A stretch of DNA of 64,000 nt from Candidatus Thorarchaeota archaeon (GCA_003345545.1 PRDH01000012.1:19177-83176), one strand, 5' to 3'; counted from the first letter of the stretch, positions 1 through 9,997 are shown. Numbers and translations are program-made. The notes: generated from the letters alone by a model not told the origin.

Positions 1-611
1 ATTATGATGAACAATGTTTCATCTCGCGCCTGTCTGAGTAGAACCTTTATCCAGTTGTCAGTTCGTCGAACTATTTTCTCAAGAAGGGTCTTGGGCGGGG
101 TCCGATGTCCATACTGAGCATAGAGGCTCTCAAAGTCCAAAAAGTGGAGATATAGAAGCTCACTCTTGAAGATGTACTTAGTAGCCTCAATATATGTTGC
201 CATGTCATCATGTGGGGTGACCGTATACGCAGAGTCGAATCCCAAGGTAGCTTGGTCAGCCTCCCTGCATATGACCTTGATCACTTTGCCACAGTCTTTG
301 ATGTGTTTGATCATATGAAAGTCGGAACGAGGTCCCTGCAAGAGAGTCTTGATCAGAGGAATTGCGTAGGGGTCATCAGTCTCGAGGAGGGCAAGAGCCT
401 CCATGTTCTTGATGAGTGCCTCAGGCTTGTAGACGACTGCTTCAAAGAGCCCAAAGTTGTCGATGACAACCATAACCACAGCCTTGGGACTGAACTTGCT
501 GACCAGTTCTTCATTTGCTGGATACAGCCCTTCTGGAATCTCTAGGCCGAGTAGTCTAAGGATAGTAGAGGGAAACTCGACTGCTGTGGTTCGGACTTGC
601 GGGAACGACAT
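1..611 (-). CDS. Alkaline phosphatase/sulfatase-superfamily-like protein (3' end outside window)
   Basis: Manually translated open frame from ATG 611: MSFPQVRTTAVEFPSTILRLLG...VVMVVIDNFG...LLYLHFLDFES...; the IDxxG strand is typical of the AlkP fold. Not in ORF track because it is truncated. Confidence 0.55.
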   Translation of the reverse strand, partial: MSFPQVRTTAVEFPSTILRLLGLEIPEGLYPANEELVSKFSPKAVVMVVIDNFGLFEAVVYKPEALIKNMEALALLETDDPYAIPLIKTLLQGPRSDFHMIKHIKDCGKVIKVICREADQATLGFDSAYTVTPHDDMATYIEATKYIFKSELLYLHFLDFESLYAQYGHRTPPKTLLEKIVRRTDNWIKVLLRQARDETLFII

Positions 612-777
612 TCCTCTTTCCTCAATACACTGCTTACTCTTGTGAATCGACCTATTGAATAAGCTTTGGTGACTGTCCTACGATGACATGACCTCTCTGC
701 CCCAATTCAGAATCCCTCTTTAACCTATGGAAGCATTAATAGAGAAACCAGACAATCAGCCGTTCAGAGGTCTTGGA

Positions 778-1743
778 ATGACTCTCAAAGATATCATCTA
801 CAGTGACTCGGTCAAGTTCATCCTCTCGGGAGGTAAAGGAGGAGTTGGAAAGACAAGTTGCGCTGGTGCGATAGCAGTGCTGTCAGCACAGCATGGGTTT
901 CGAACTCTGGTCTTATCGACTGATCCGGCACATAGTCTCAGTGACAGCTTCAACCAGAACCTCTCAGGGGGAGAAGTCATTCCTATCGAGGGATTCGACA
1001 ATCTCTGGGCGATGGAAATAAGCACTGAGAAGGGAATGCAGCAGTTCCAAGATATTATCGGGGACGGATCTGCTGGTCCTGAGGCACAGATGGCAGCGAA
1101 TCTTATGGGCGACATGACAGGCATGACACCACCCGGGTCGGATGAAGCAATGGCATTCGGAAAGATACTCGAGTTCATCGAAGACTCCTCCTATGATCGG
1201 GTCATCTTCGATACTGCACCCACAGGTCATACTCTGAAACTCCTTGAATTGCCAGACCTTCTAGATAGTTGGCTGGGCAAAATCATGACCCTTCGTCAGC
1301 GATTGAGCGCGATGATGGGTGGACTCAGAAGTATGTTTGGCGGCGGAAAGCAAGAAGAAGACAGCTCCTGGGAGATGATTCAACAGACTAAGGATAAGAT
1401 TCGGGCGGCCCGTATCGAACTCTCAGATCCGGACACCACGCAGTTTGTTGTGGTCATGATTCCAGAGGCAATGGCAGTCTTCGAAACGCAACGTCTGCTC
1501 GCTAGTCTAGACAAATGGCATATCCCTGCCACCAATATGGTCGTGAATCAGCTTGTTCCTCCCAATCCATCCTGCAAGTTCTGCACAAAACGATATGAGA
1601 TGCAACAGACGAATCTCAAAGACATTAGAGACCTGTTCTCCGACATCGACATCACGGAGGTTCCACTGTTTGATGGAGAGATAAGAGGAATCGAAGAACT
1701 CACACGGCTGGGCATGATTCTGATTGGAAACACGGAGGACTGA
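778..1743 (+). CDS. ArsA/Get3 (TRC40) family ATPase
   Basis: GGKGGVGKT P-loop, STDPAHSLSD, DTAPTGHT switch II, Met-rich insert, C-terminal CKFC; likely start MTLKD at 778 (ORF track 727). Confidence 0.92.
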   Translation: MTLKDIIYSDSVKFILSGGKGGVGKTSCAGAIAVLSAQHGFRTLVLSTDPAHSLSDSFNQNLSGGEVIPIEGFDNLWAMEISTEKGMQQFQDIIGDGSAGPEAQMAANLMGDMTGMTPPGSDEAMAFGKILEFIEDSSYDRVIFDTAPTGHTLKLLELPDLLDSWLGKIMTLRQRLSAMMGGLRSMFGGGKQEEDSSWEMIQQTKDKIRAARIELSDPDTTQFVVVMIPEAMAVFETQRLLASLDKWHIPATNMVVNQLVPPNPSCKFCTKRYEMQQTNLKDIRDLFSDIDITEVPLFDGEIRGIEELTRLGMILIGNTED

Positions 1744-1745
1744 AC

Positions 1746-1847
1746 TTGAAACGTGAGACCAGAAGGAAGGTGTACTCTATCATCTTTCTGATTTTGCTCC
1801 TTGTATCAGCTGCGGTGACAACGATGCTAATCCTTGGCATGATATGA
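1746..1847 (+). CDS. 33-aa single-TM microprotein (MKRETRRKVYSIIFLILLLVSAAVTTMLILGMI)
   Basis: TTG start 2 nt after the Get3 stop, GGAGG SD-like motif upstream, basic N-terminus plus hydrophobic helix. Confidence 0.55.
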   Translation: MKRETRRKVYSIIFLILLLVSAAVTTMLILGMI

Positions 1848-1868
1848 TGGGCAAAATGAGTGAATTCT

Positions 1869-2012
1869 TCATGCGCCCTTCACGCGTTTCACTACTGGTG
1901 GACGGACTTTGTAAAGAATTCTCCCACCGCAGTATGGACATTTGACGCCTGGCAGTGTCCTAAGGCCATCTGGGGTTACTTCACGATGACAGTTATGACA
2001 GGTGTATACCAC
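1869..2012 (-). CDS. rpoP: DNA-directed RNA polymerase subunit P (Rpo12)
   Basis: Manual translation MVYTCHNCHREVTPDGLRTLPGVKCPYCGGRILYKVRPPVVKRVKGA: two CxxC and RILYKxRP motif. Confidence 0.93.
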   Translation of the reverse strand: MVYTCHNCHREVTPDGLRTLPGVKCPYCGGRILYKVRPPVVKRVKGA

Positions 2013-2067
2013 GGTGTGCCACCGTTCTGACTCCCGGAGCCTTAGCAATATGAAGCTTTGCCTAGAG

Positions 2068-3672
2068 CTATCTTGATTCGAGTTCTGGTTCTCGAACGAT
2101 CTCGCCCTCTACAAGTCCGCTGCTCAGGACCCTTTGAATTCTGACCTGGAGCATTGTGCCTGCCGAAAATCCCCCGGGAACTGTCATAAGCGGACCTTCC
2201 TGCAGGGGGTATACCATGGTATAACCGACTTGTGCCCAAGACGGCTCAGCAGCTATCCCCTGTACGACTCGTCCAAGATAGTCAGTCTTCTTTTTTCGAT
2301 TGACTCTCTCTGCCTCTCGACGGAGCTGTGCCCCGAACTCGTCCCTAGTTGAAGACTCCGGAAAACCCTCGAAAGCAGACCCGGGCAGAGATCTGAAACC
2401 ATAGAGAATGATTCTCTCAGCCCCAGCATCACTGAGAGCCCGCATCATCCTGATTGATTCCTTTGTGCTCTCTGCATCCTCTCCCGGTAGCCCATAGATG
2501 AAATACACGAAGGGTTTCATGCCATGGTCTACTGCTATACGTACTGCAGTAAGCACGTCACTAGGGCTTCCACACTTGCCGATGGCCTTAAAGTGTTCGT
2601 CAGACCCAGTTTCAATGCCAATATTCGGAGAGCTTGATATCTTCGACTCATTCAACGCCAGCGCAACAGCTTCAGTGAACAGACACGCTTTCATGTTCTC
2701 GATGGCTATGTGTGCTGTTCCGTCCACAAGTTGAGGAAGAGAGTTGAGTTGACCAAGGAGACCTCGGATGGCATCAAGATTAGCAGGGGGAAAGCAAGGA
2801 TCTGTGAGTGGTTCACTACCACGCATATAGTCAAGGAATCCAGGAGACTCAAGCACGATTCGGTGTGCGCCAAGCTCCAGCAGTCCCTTCACCTCCTGCA
2901 TAATCACAGCAGAGGAACGGCTTCTTGGAGGCCCCCATGTACTCGGAACACTGCAGAAACCACAGCCGGGAGGAATATCCTCCGGGCAATTCATTCTAAC
3001 ATCAAGTTTCTCTGAGTCACAGTTTCCACAATCGGAACACTGCCTTCCATTCCTGAGGGGGAGGGTCGTCCTTCTGAAATTCGAACATCCCCGAGTCACC
3101 TCGACATAGATCTTACTCGCCTGATAGGCAGGATAATCGATAATCCTGGTTATTGAGGGCATGTAATCCCGTGAGAGTGCCTCTGTCGTGATGAACTCAC
3201 GAGCTGGTGTCACATGGATCCCGTTAGCTCCCCGAAAAGCAATCCCCTTGACTGATGATAGATCGATGGGGTCTTCAAAGAAGTGCCGAGTCACCAACTC
3301 CTCAAGCGTAGCCTCTCCTTCTCCCATCACCAATACATCAGCGCTCAGTTCCCTCAGGACCTCAGGGTTGGATGCGATAGGGCCTCCAATGATTGTCCTT
3401 CCAGAGGAACGAGATCTATGTTGCCATTGCTTCATCAGCGTCTTCACAACAGGAGAATCCATGGTCATAGCACTGATAGCTAGGTGGTCGAACTGCTGGA
3501 GGATACTCTTCTTGGATAAGACCTCTTCTGCCCTACGAATTCTGCAATTCAGCCCGTGTTTCTCGAGAATGCCTGCAACGGACCTTGGTCCGCATCCTAT
3601 GGAGTCACGTGAGCTGCGACGTTGGCCAGTGCCTGTACTCAATGCATCAATGATCAAGATTCGGCCTGTCAT
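2068..3672 (-). CDS. B12-binding radical SAM protein with C-terminal TRAM-like domain
   Basis: IIGGP...GEGE B12-binding region, EVTRGC...GCGFC, GIETGS, YFIYGLPGE. Confidence 0.85.
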   Translation of the reverse strand: MTGRILIIDALSTGTGQRRSSRDSIGCGPRSVAGILEKHGLNCRIRRAEEVLSKKSILQQFDHLAISAMTMDSPVVKTLMKQWQHRSRSSGRTIIGGPIASNPEVLRELSADVLVMGEGEATLEELVTRHFFEDPIDLSSVKGIAFRGANGIHVTPAREFITTEALSRDYMPSITRIIDYPAYQASKIYVEVTRGCSNFRRTTLPLRNGRQCSDCGNCDSEKLDVRMNCPEDIPPGCGFCSVPSTWGPPRSRSSAVIMQEVKGLLELGAHRIVLESPGFLDYMRGSEPLTDPCFPPANLDAIRGLLGQLNSLPQLVDGTAHIAIENMKACLFTEAVALALNESKISSSPNIGIETGSDEHFKAIGKCGSPSDVLTAVRIAVDHGMKPFVYFIYGLPGEDAESTKESIRMMRALSDAGAERIILYGFRSLPGSAFEGFPESSTRDEFGAQLRREAERVNRKKKTDYLGRVVQGIAAEPSWAQVGYTMVYPLQEGPLMTVPGGFSAGTMLQVRIQRVLSSGLVEGEIVREPELESR

Positions 3673-3886
3673 GTGTCTAAATTGAGATGCAAGATCGTAC
3701 TTTACTCTTGCCCAACGAGTATGACGATTCTACCCTGACGTTCATCCTGTGCTGCAGGCAGAGGTTGACTACAGGCAGTTGTCCTTTTGATGCGTTTGGT
3801 GCCTTCTAAGAAGAGTATTTATATGCTCAGAGTGAAAAGCCTCCCCAAGTATATTGCTAAACCAAATCTAAGGAGTACATGACTTA

Positions 3887-4231
3887 GTGAGTAATGACGA
3901 TGGCGGAATATGCCCCAATTGTGGGTTACCTACGGATCTGTGCGTCTGTGAGACCATCGCACAGGAAGAGGCTCGGATTACTGTGAGTATAGAGCGAAGA
4001 AAATGGGGCCGGTTGACCACTATTGTCGAGGGTTTTGACAAGAGTATTGACCTCGGTGACCTGGCTACAAAACTTAAGGCCAAGCTTGCTTGCGGAGGAG
4101 CAGCAAAACACGGCCATATCGAACTTCAAGGAGACCATCGGGGAGTCATTGGAGAAGTTCTAGCGAAGCTTGGATTTCCAGATGAGATGGTCCAGATTGA
4201 TTGGTCCTTCGTATCTACTGGAAGAGGGTAA
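3887..4231 (+). CDS. sui1: Translation initiation factor aIF1 (SUI1)
   Basis: CPNCGLPTDLCVC, LKAKLACGG, IELQGDHR. Confidence 0.95.
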   Translation: MSNDDGGICPNCGLPTDLCVCETIAQEEARITVSIERRKWGRLTTIVEGFDKSIDLGDLATKLKAKLACGGAAKHGHIELQGDHRGVIGEVLAKLGFPDEMVQIDWSFVSTGRG

Positions 4232-4284
4232 TTACGCCCTCCGAAACTCCTATTTCATAACTGAGTAATCTACAGGCAACAAGA

Positions 4285-5265
4285 TCAGAAGTCCATAGGT
4301 TCCAGACCTAGGGAGTCGATACCCAGCTTCTTGACTATCTCCTTGTACCTGTTCCTTACAGTGACTTCGGTCACTCTAGCAACCTCAGCGATCTCTCGCT
4401 GAGTCCGCCGCTCATCAAGCATGATTGAGGCCACGTAGATGGCAGCAGCCGCTAGCCCAAGTGGGTCGCGACCGATCGTGAGGCCTATATCCCGGCTCTG
4501 TTGTAGTATCTCGACAGTCCGAAGTTGCACAGGGCTTGACAGCTCAAGCTGGCATGCAAACCGTGAGATGTAGTCAATGGGATTGGAGAGGGGAATCTTG
4601 ATGTCAAGACTTCGAAGAAGTAACCGATAACACTGGCCAAGTTTCTTGCGGTCAATTCGTGATCCATCAGCCACTTCATCAAGGGGTCGTGGCTTCAAAC
4701 GTATTCTGCAGGCAGCATAGAGAGTAGCTGCGACCATCGCCTCTATTGAACGACCGCGGACTAGTTTCTTGATAATTGACTTTCTATAGAGGAGCGCAGC
4801 AAGCTCGCGAATTGGTTCTGGAATGCCAAGTTGTGACGAGAGTCTCTCAAGCTCGGACATCGCCTGAGCAAGATTCCGATCGAGAGAACTATGAACGCGA
4901 CTACGTATCTGCCATTTGCGAAGCCGGTAGATTTCGGATCTCCTAGTCGGACTGAGTTTCTTTCCTGCAGTATCACGGTCTCGCCAGTCAATAATCGTAC
5001 TGAGCCCTTTGTCGTGCACGGTGTAGCGGAGCGGAGCACCTACTCGACTCCGTGAATCACTCTCCTCTGAGCTGAAAGCTCTCCACTCAGCACCTGTATC
5101 AATTCGGTGGTCTGAGAGTACAAGTCCACATCCGCCGCAGACTCGTTCACCGCGAGTAGAGTCCTCTACAACAATTGCCGATTTGCACTCAGGGCACCTC
5201 AGAATTTCGACAGTCGCTTCCGATGCTCCTTCTTTTTTGTCCTCGGCGCTTCCTGTGCGGTCCAA
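4285..5265 (-). CDS. tfb: Transcription initiation factor IIB
   Basis: Zn ribbon CPEC...CGGCG, EWRAF B-reader, two cyclin repeats, VTEVTVRNRYKE. Confidence 0.97.
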   Translation of the reverse strand: MDRTGSAEDKKEGASEATVEILRCPECKSAIVVEDSTRGERVCGGCGLVLSDHRIDTGAEWRAFSSEESDSRSRVGAPLRYTVHDKGLSTIIDWRDRDTAGKKLSPTRRSEIYRLRKWQIRSRVHSSLDRNLAQAMSELERLSSQLGIPEPIRELAALLYRKSIIKKLVRGRSIEAMVAATLYAACRIRLKPRPLDEVADGSRIDRKKLGQCYRLLLRSLDIKIPLSNPIDYISRFACQLELSSPVQLRTVEILQQSRDIGLTIGRDPLGLAAAAIYVASIMLDERRTQREIAEVARVTEVTVRNRYKEIVKKLGIDSLGLEPMDF

Positions 5266-5453
5266 TCGCTCTCCTCCGATGTGTAGGAACCGGTTTAAGA
5301 CCGTCAGTATTCACTGTCATATCGATGTACCGATGACAGTCTCCCAGGACCCACAATAACAAAACTACGGAAAAAATACTTTTAATCCTTCTGTGTCCAC
5401 CGAAAATCGATTCGGCAAGGGACTATGTAATGAAATGTGCATCTCAGAGAAGG

Positions 5454-6395
5454 CTAGGTGGTCTGTTCATGTCCTTTCTCAGTGATAATGACAGTGTGTT
5501 CATGCTGGGACACAAACTGACCCTTCTCTTCAGCTAGGATATGATGCGCGTATAGGACACCATTCTGGCGAAGCTCTCTGATTGCCATCTTGAGTGTCGC
5601 ATGCTTCATGCGCTCTGCGAGCCAGCGTTCAGCGAACGGGAACTCTCTGTATTCCTTTCTAGCAATCCCTAGGAACTGTTTCGAACCAGCAAACCGTAAT
5701 GGGACACGTATCGGAAGAAGCTGATAGATTGTGGGGTTGGGTAGATCAGTTATGTTCCCAGAACCTGTACTTGCAAAGGTCTCGACAGCATAGACTTCTC
5801 CTGCTTCAACCAAGACCTCGGATTTCCCACCAACACATGGCACCTGTTTTTCAGCGTGAAGCTCATATTCCTTCAGCTGGTGTCCTGTAAGCTGTTTGAT
5901 GGGCTTGAACCCTGCCTTGGTGATGGTATCTTCGATGAGCGCACCGATTGTATTGAGCTTCGCGCCGGGGCGCATCATCTTGACAGCTACATTGGTGGCA
6001 TCCTCAGCGGCCTTCACGAGATCCTGATGATCAGGATTCAGAGCCACTGTGAATGCAGTATCCGCAATACAACCGTCAACATGGGAACCACAGTCTACGG
6101 TGACAAGATCGCCTTTCTGGAGAGTGGTTTCATCATTGAGGGGTGAGGTATAATGTGCCGCAATGTTGTTCAGTGATACATTGCATGGAAACGATGTTCC
6201 TGAGGAGTTCGCGCGGATGTAGTTCTCAACGGTATTGATGATATCAAGAACCTTGATTCCGGGCTCAATCATTGGTCGAGCAAGGGCGAGAGCCTCACGT
6301 GCCACTGCTCCTGCACGCCGCCACTTTTCCCAGACATCCTTGTTCTCGTTGTCGTCTTCTTTCTCTTTTGGCATTTCATCCGGCACAGTAACCAC
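5454..6395 (-). CDS. map: Methionine aminopeptidase type II
   Basis: FPCNVSLNNIAAHYT, DxGxHVDG.IAD.A, LTGH, QHEHTV. Confidence 0.95.
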   Translation of the reverse strand: MVTVPDEMPKEKEDDNENKDVWEKWRRAGAVAREALALARPMIEPGIKVLDIINTVENYIRANSSGTSFPCNVSLNNIAAHYTSPLNDETTLQKGDLVTVDCGSHVDGCIADTAFTVALNPDHQDLVKAAEDATNVAVKMMRPGAKLNTIGALIEDTITKAGFKPIKQLTGHQLKEYELHAEKQVPCVGGKSEVLVEAGEVYAVETFASTGSGNITDLPNPTIYQLLPIRVPLRFAGSKQFLGIARKEYREFPFAERWLAERMKHATLKMAIRELRQNGVLYAHHILAEEKGQFVSQHEHTVIITEKGHEQTT

Positions 6396-6450
6396 CGACC
6401 TGACTGCTCGTCATTGGTGGGACAGATAAAAGTGACGATGGAGCAGAAAC

Positions 6451-6858
6451 CTATGATAGTACTTGTTCAATACGTCGTGCAGTTCTGGACATTGAGAAGA
6501 ACATGTATCCAATGTTGGCACGCTTATTGGTCAGAACGGCAAGGATTGCATCATTCCCAGCATCACAGATGATGACATATCCACTCTCTCCCTCGATGAG
6601 CATCCTAATGAGAGAACCGCGCTTCAGTTGCTTGAACACCTTTCTGGTAGCCTCTTGTATCTGAATGGTGCGTCCTGCAATGACATCCTCTTCAGGAATC
6701 CGCTTCTCATCAGGACCTTCAGGGTACAGGGAGTATATAGGAAGTCCTTGCGACTTTGAGATGATAGCACTCGCTTCCACATTGCCTTGGGAGGCTCTAC
6801 TCAAATCTAGAAGAAGTTCTTTCAGTAACTCAGTCTTTGAGGACAAGCTATAGCGCAC
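6451..6858 (-). CDS. Roadblock/LC7 domain protein
   Basis: VEASAIISxxxGLPI...LKRGSLIRMLIEGESGYVII..AG..AILAVLT pattern. Confidence 0.85.
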   Translation of the reverse strand: MRYSLSSKTELLKELLLDLSRASQGNVEASAIISKSQGLPIYSLYPEGPDEKRIPEEDVIAGRTIQIQEATRKVFKQLKRGSLIRMLIEGESGYVIICDAGNDAILAVLTNKRANIGYMFFSMSRTARRIEQVLS

Positions 6859-6897
6859 CTCCCAGAGGAGACTGAGTGAAAAGGGGTTGTCAAGTAT

Positions 6898-7671
6898 TTA
6901 AACTCTCTTGGCGCCTGCTTCCTTCAAGGCTTTGACTATCTTCTTCAGTCCTTCACCCTTGTCTTTTTGAACATATTTCTCGAGATAGGTCCCTTGGACA
7001 ACTATTGATGCTCCAGCCTCTATGGCACCGACCACAGACGCTGCATCATTAAAGCCTCCTCCGGTAATCACAGGAATCTCGATGAACTTCGAAACCATGG
7101 CTATCATCTCAGGAGGCACACCTCCGCCTTCTGCTCCGCTGCCAGCTTCAAGATAGACAAGCTTCATGCCAAGAAGTTCGGCAGCAATGGCATACATCGC
7201 TGGAATCTTGGGCTTGTCCCGAAGGAAGGGTTTTGCGTCGCCGACCCATGCTGCAGTCTTCCCGGGAGCCACCATGAGATACGCCATTGGGATTGTCTCA
7301 ATACCGGCGAGTTTGATTTTCGGTGCCGCTAGAGCCTGTGCTCCAATGATCCAGTAGGGATTTGTGCTGTTGAGAAGAGTCATGAAGAACATTGCGTCCG
7401 CGTATTCAGAAACCCCTGTGATATTGCCGGGAAAGAGGATCGTTGGAATATCAATAGCCTCGTTGATCTCACGCACTGCGTCGTCAATCACACCAAAGAC
7501 TGTGCTTCCACCTATCATTGCCGCATCGCTGCCTGCCTTCTCAGCAAGTTTAGCAATCTCTACAACATCTTCGATAGTTGTAGAAAGTGGATCAGGATCA
7601 AGTAGGGAGAAATGAAGTGCACCCTCAGTCTCTAGCTTCTCCGTGATGTAGCTCCAGACCTTGCCTGGCAT
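6898..7671 (-). CDS. Geranylgeranylglyceryl phosphate synthase
   Basis: LLDPD, MIGGST, ILFPG, YLEAGSGA, GGG motifs; likely start MPGKV. Confidence 0.93.
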   Translation of the reverse strand: MPGKVWSYITEKLETEGALHFSLLDPDPLSTTIEDVVEIAKLAEKAGSDAAMIGGSTVFGVIDDAVREINEAIDIPTILFPGNITGVSEYADAMFFMTLLNSTNPYWIIGAQALAAPKIKLAGIETIPMAYLMVAPGKTAAWVGDAKPFLRDKPKIPAMYAIAAELLGMKLVYLEAGSGAEGGGVPPEMIAMVSKFIEIPVITGGGFNDAASVVGAIEAGASIVVQGTYLEKYVQKDKGEGLKKIVKALKEAGAKRV

Positions 7672-7837
7672 TATGAAACCTCCATCGGATATGGCCATCC
7701 GGTCCCAGCGTGCTTTTTACACTTTTGGTGGGATTTTCCACTAGATTAATGTCTATCTAGGTAGGCTGCATTCTCATCAAATACCTCAACGTGCAATTCG
7801 ACGCTGTTGCCCGGGAGAGTACTGTGCCGGTGAGCTA

Positions 7838-8473
7838 GTGGTCAGTGAAAGTATGAAGGATGTGACGGTGGCCATCTTGGCTGGAGGTGACTCAAGACGA
7901 TTCGGTTCAGATAAGGCCTTGAAGGAGTTTCAAGGGCGGCCTCTAGTATCACATATGCTTGACATCGCTCGGGAGATTTCGCCCACTGTCCTTGTCGTAG
8001 TGTCAGATGGTGAACATCTTGAGAGGATCAAGCCGCACATCAAAATGGGACGTGTTGTCGTGGACCCAGAGGACAGCACGAAGTCAGCCTTGAATGGAGC
8101 TGTCACTGCATTTGAGCACGCAGAAACGGACTACACACTGCTACTGCCAATTGATACACCCCTTGCGAGGCCAAGCCTGTTGAAGATACTTGTGGAGATG
8201 AGTCCTAAGCACGGAGCTGTAGTGCCCTCATGGCCATCTGGATATATCGAGCCGCTTCACTCGGTCTACATGACAGAGCATGCCTATTATCACGGACTAA
8301 AGGTCTTGGGGCAGAAGTCATTCGAGATGCACAGCCTACTTAATCGACTCCAAAATGTCTTGTATGTGTCAACAGAAGCCCTGAAGCAGTTTGACGCCAA
8401 ACTTGAAACCTTCAAGAATTTCAATACATTGGGCGAATTGAAGGCTGCAGAGGGAAAGTACCGGAGCAAATGA
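7838..8473 (+). CDS. mobA: Molybdenum cofactor guanylyltransferase
   Basis: ILAGGDSRRFGSDKA, DTP, EPLHSVY, FKNFNT. Confidence 0.88.
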   Translation: MVSESMKDVTVAILAGGDSRRFGSDKALKEFQGRPLVSHMLDIAREISPTVLVVVSDGEHLERIKPHIKMGRVVVDPEDSTKSALNGAVTAFEHAETDYTLLLPIDTPLARPSLLKILVEMSPKHGAVVPSWPSGYIEPLHSVYMTEHAYYHGLKVLGQKSFEMHSLLNRLQNVLYVSTEALKQFDAKLETFKNFNTLGELKAAEGKYRSK

Positions 8474-8526
8474 CCTGCGAGTCTTCTGAGAGTTTCGGTA
8501 GATGGACTTCGGTTCAGGCGAGATCC

Positions 8527-9606
8527 TTAGGCTCCTGAGTTCTCATGGCGGATTCTGCACGTGCCCTCATGACCAACCATGCATGGCCCATAGGGGTTCT
8601 CAGGGGTGCAACGGTTCCCAAATAACTTGCAGTCCACAGGGTCAACCATACCGAGAATCACTTCATGGCATCTGCAACCAGGGAGGATATCCACAGACTC
8701 AGTATCCGGAAAGTCGAACCTGAGTCTAGCGTCATGCGCGCGGTACTTTCGTTTGATGAAATAGCCGGATTTCTTGATGATTCCGAGACCTCTCCAAGGA
8801 GCGTCACCAATCCTGAATGTCTGGCTCAATACTCTCTGTGCTGTAATGTTGCCCTCAGGACGAACTACACGTGTGTACTCATTCTCTGAGACTGCTCTAC
8901 CTTCAGATATCTGTAACGCAATCATCCGAATGGCCTCGAGGACATCCAGTGGTTCGAAACCAGCAGCAACACACGGCACATGACGTCTCTCCGCAAAGGA
9001 CTGGAATGCATTCGAGCCAATGATTGCTGAAACATGTCCCGGAGTGATGAAGCCATCCACCGCAAATCCTTCAATGTTGACGAGAAGATCCATCGCAGGA
9101 GGAATGACCTTCAGTGACGTGAGAATCGAGAAGTTAGGAGGAGGCGAGCGAAGGAGCTCTAGTCCAATAGTGGGGGCGGTGGTTTCAAAGCCAACTCCGA
9201 CGAACACGACTTGCTTGTTAGGATTCTTCCTAGCAATCTCAACGGCATCATTGGTACCATACACCACTCGAACATCGGCACCCTTCGTGCGCTCTTTTGC
9301 CAGTGAGGAGTCAGTCGAGGGAACACGAACCATATCTCCAAAGGTCGTCACTATGTGGCCCTGCCGCGCCAGCGCGATTGCCATGTCTACATCTTCGGCT
9401 GCGCACACGCACACTGGACACCCAGGGCCCGCAACTAGGTGCATGCTCTCGGGCAACAGGGAGCGAATTCCGTATTGACTTATCGTGTCCTCATGCGTGC
9501 CGCACACATGAACAATCCTTAGCTGCCGATTATGGCTCAGAGTCTCGATCTCTCTCTTCAGAGCTTGAGCGTATCGGGCACTGCGGAATTCAAGTTGTTT
9601 GCTCAT
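8527..9606 (-). CDS. hypD: Hydrogenase maturation protein HypD
   Basis: VCGTH, GPGCPVC, GFETTAP, PGHVS, C-terminal Fe-S cysteines. Confidence 0.96.
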   Translation of the reverse strand: MSKQLEFRSARYAQALKREIETLSHNRQLRIVHVCGTHEDTISQYGIRSLLPESMHLVAGPGCPVCVCAAEDVDMAIALARQGHIVTTFGDMVRVPSTDSSLAKERTKGADVRVVYGTNDAVEIARKNPNKQVVFVGVGFETTAPTIGLELLRSPPPNFSILTSLKVIPPAMDLLVNIEGFAVDGFITPGHVSAIIGSNAFQSFAERRHVPCVAAGFEPLDVLEAIRMIALQISEGRAVSENEYTRVVRPEGNITAQRVLSQTFRIGDAPWRGLGIIKKSGYFIKRKYRAHDARLRFDFPDTESVDILPGCRCHEVILGMVDPVDCKLFGNRCTPENPYGPCMVGHEGTCRIRHENSGA

Positions 9607-9670
9607 CGCATTATGACCACTTGGTACCTAGTGGACTTAGCATAAAAATGACGATGTGTGGCAAAAAGAT

Positions 9671-9997
9671 TCAGGATTTCGATTCGTATCCTTCTAGAAT
9701 GGCGAGGGCTTCTCCCACGGTAATGGACAACTTGCTGGCGAGTTCCCTTGCTGTGATCTTTGGATCCTCCGGAATGATATGATTGATTGCGTACCCTGCA
9801 TTGCCTGCGAACAGAGGATTATTCCTTGCAGTTTCAATCAGAATAGGCCATAGAGGATGCCCCTTGAAATCAGCAACGTCAATATCGATTGTTCGACCAG
9901 ATTCATACTTAACAGAGCGGACGTTAACCGACTTCTTTGATGTTTCCTTGGTCTTAGTAGAATCAGTGAGCTTCGCCTGTCTCAATGCGACATCCAA
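9671..9997 (-). CDS. Hypothetical protein with possible C-terminal HTH
   Basis: 108-aa ORF; ITARELASKLSITVGEALAIL is HTH-like. Confidence 0.6.
   Translation of the reverse strand: MDVALRQAKLTDSTKTKETSKKSVNVRSVKYESGRTIDIDVADFKGHPLWPILIETARNNPLFAGNAGYAINHIIPEDPKITARELASKLSITVGEALAILEGYESKS

Noticed and set aside
210-645. Plus-strand ORFs 210-545 and 457-645
   Set aside because: Shadows of the minus-strand CDS 1-611.
8527-9606. Hydrogenase gene cluster
   Set aside because: Only hypD is present; no hypC/hypE or hydrogenase subunits are adjacent.
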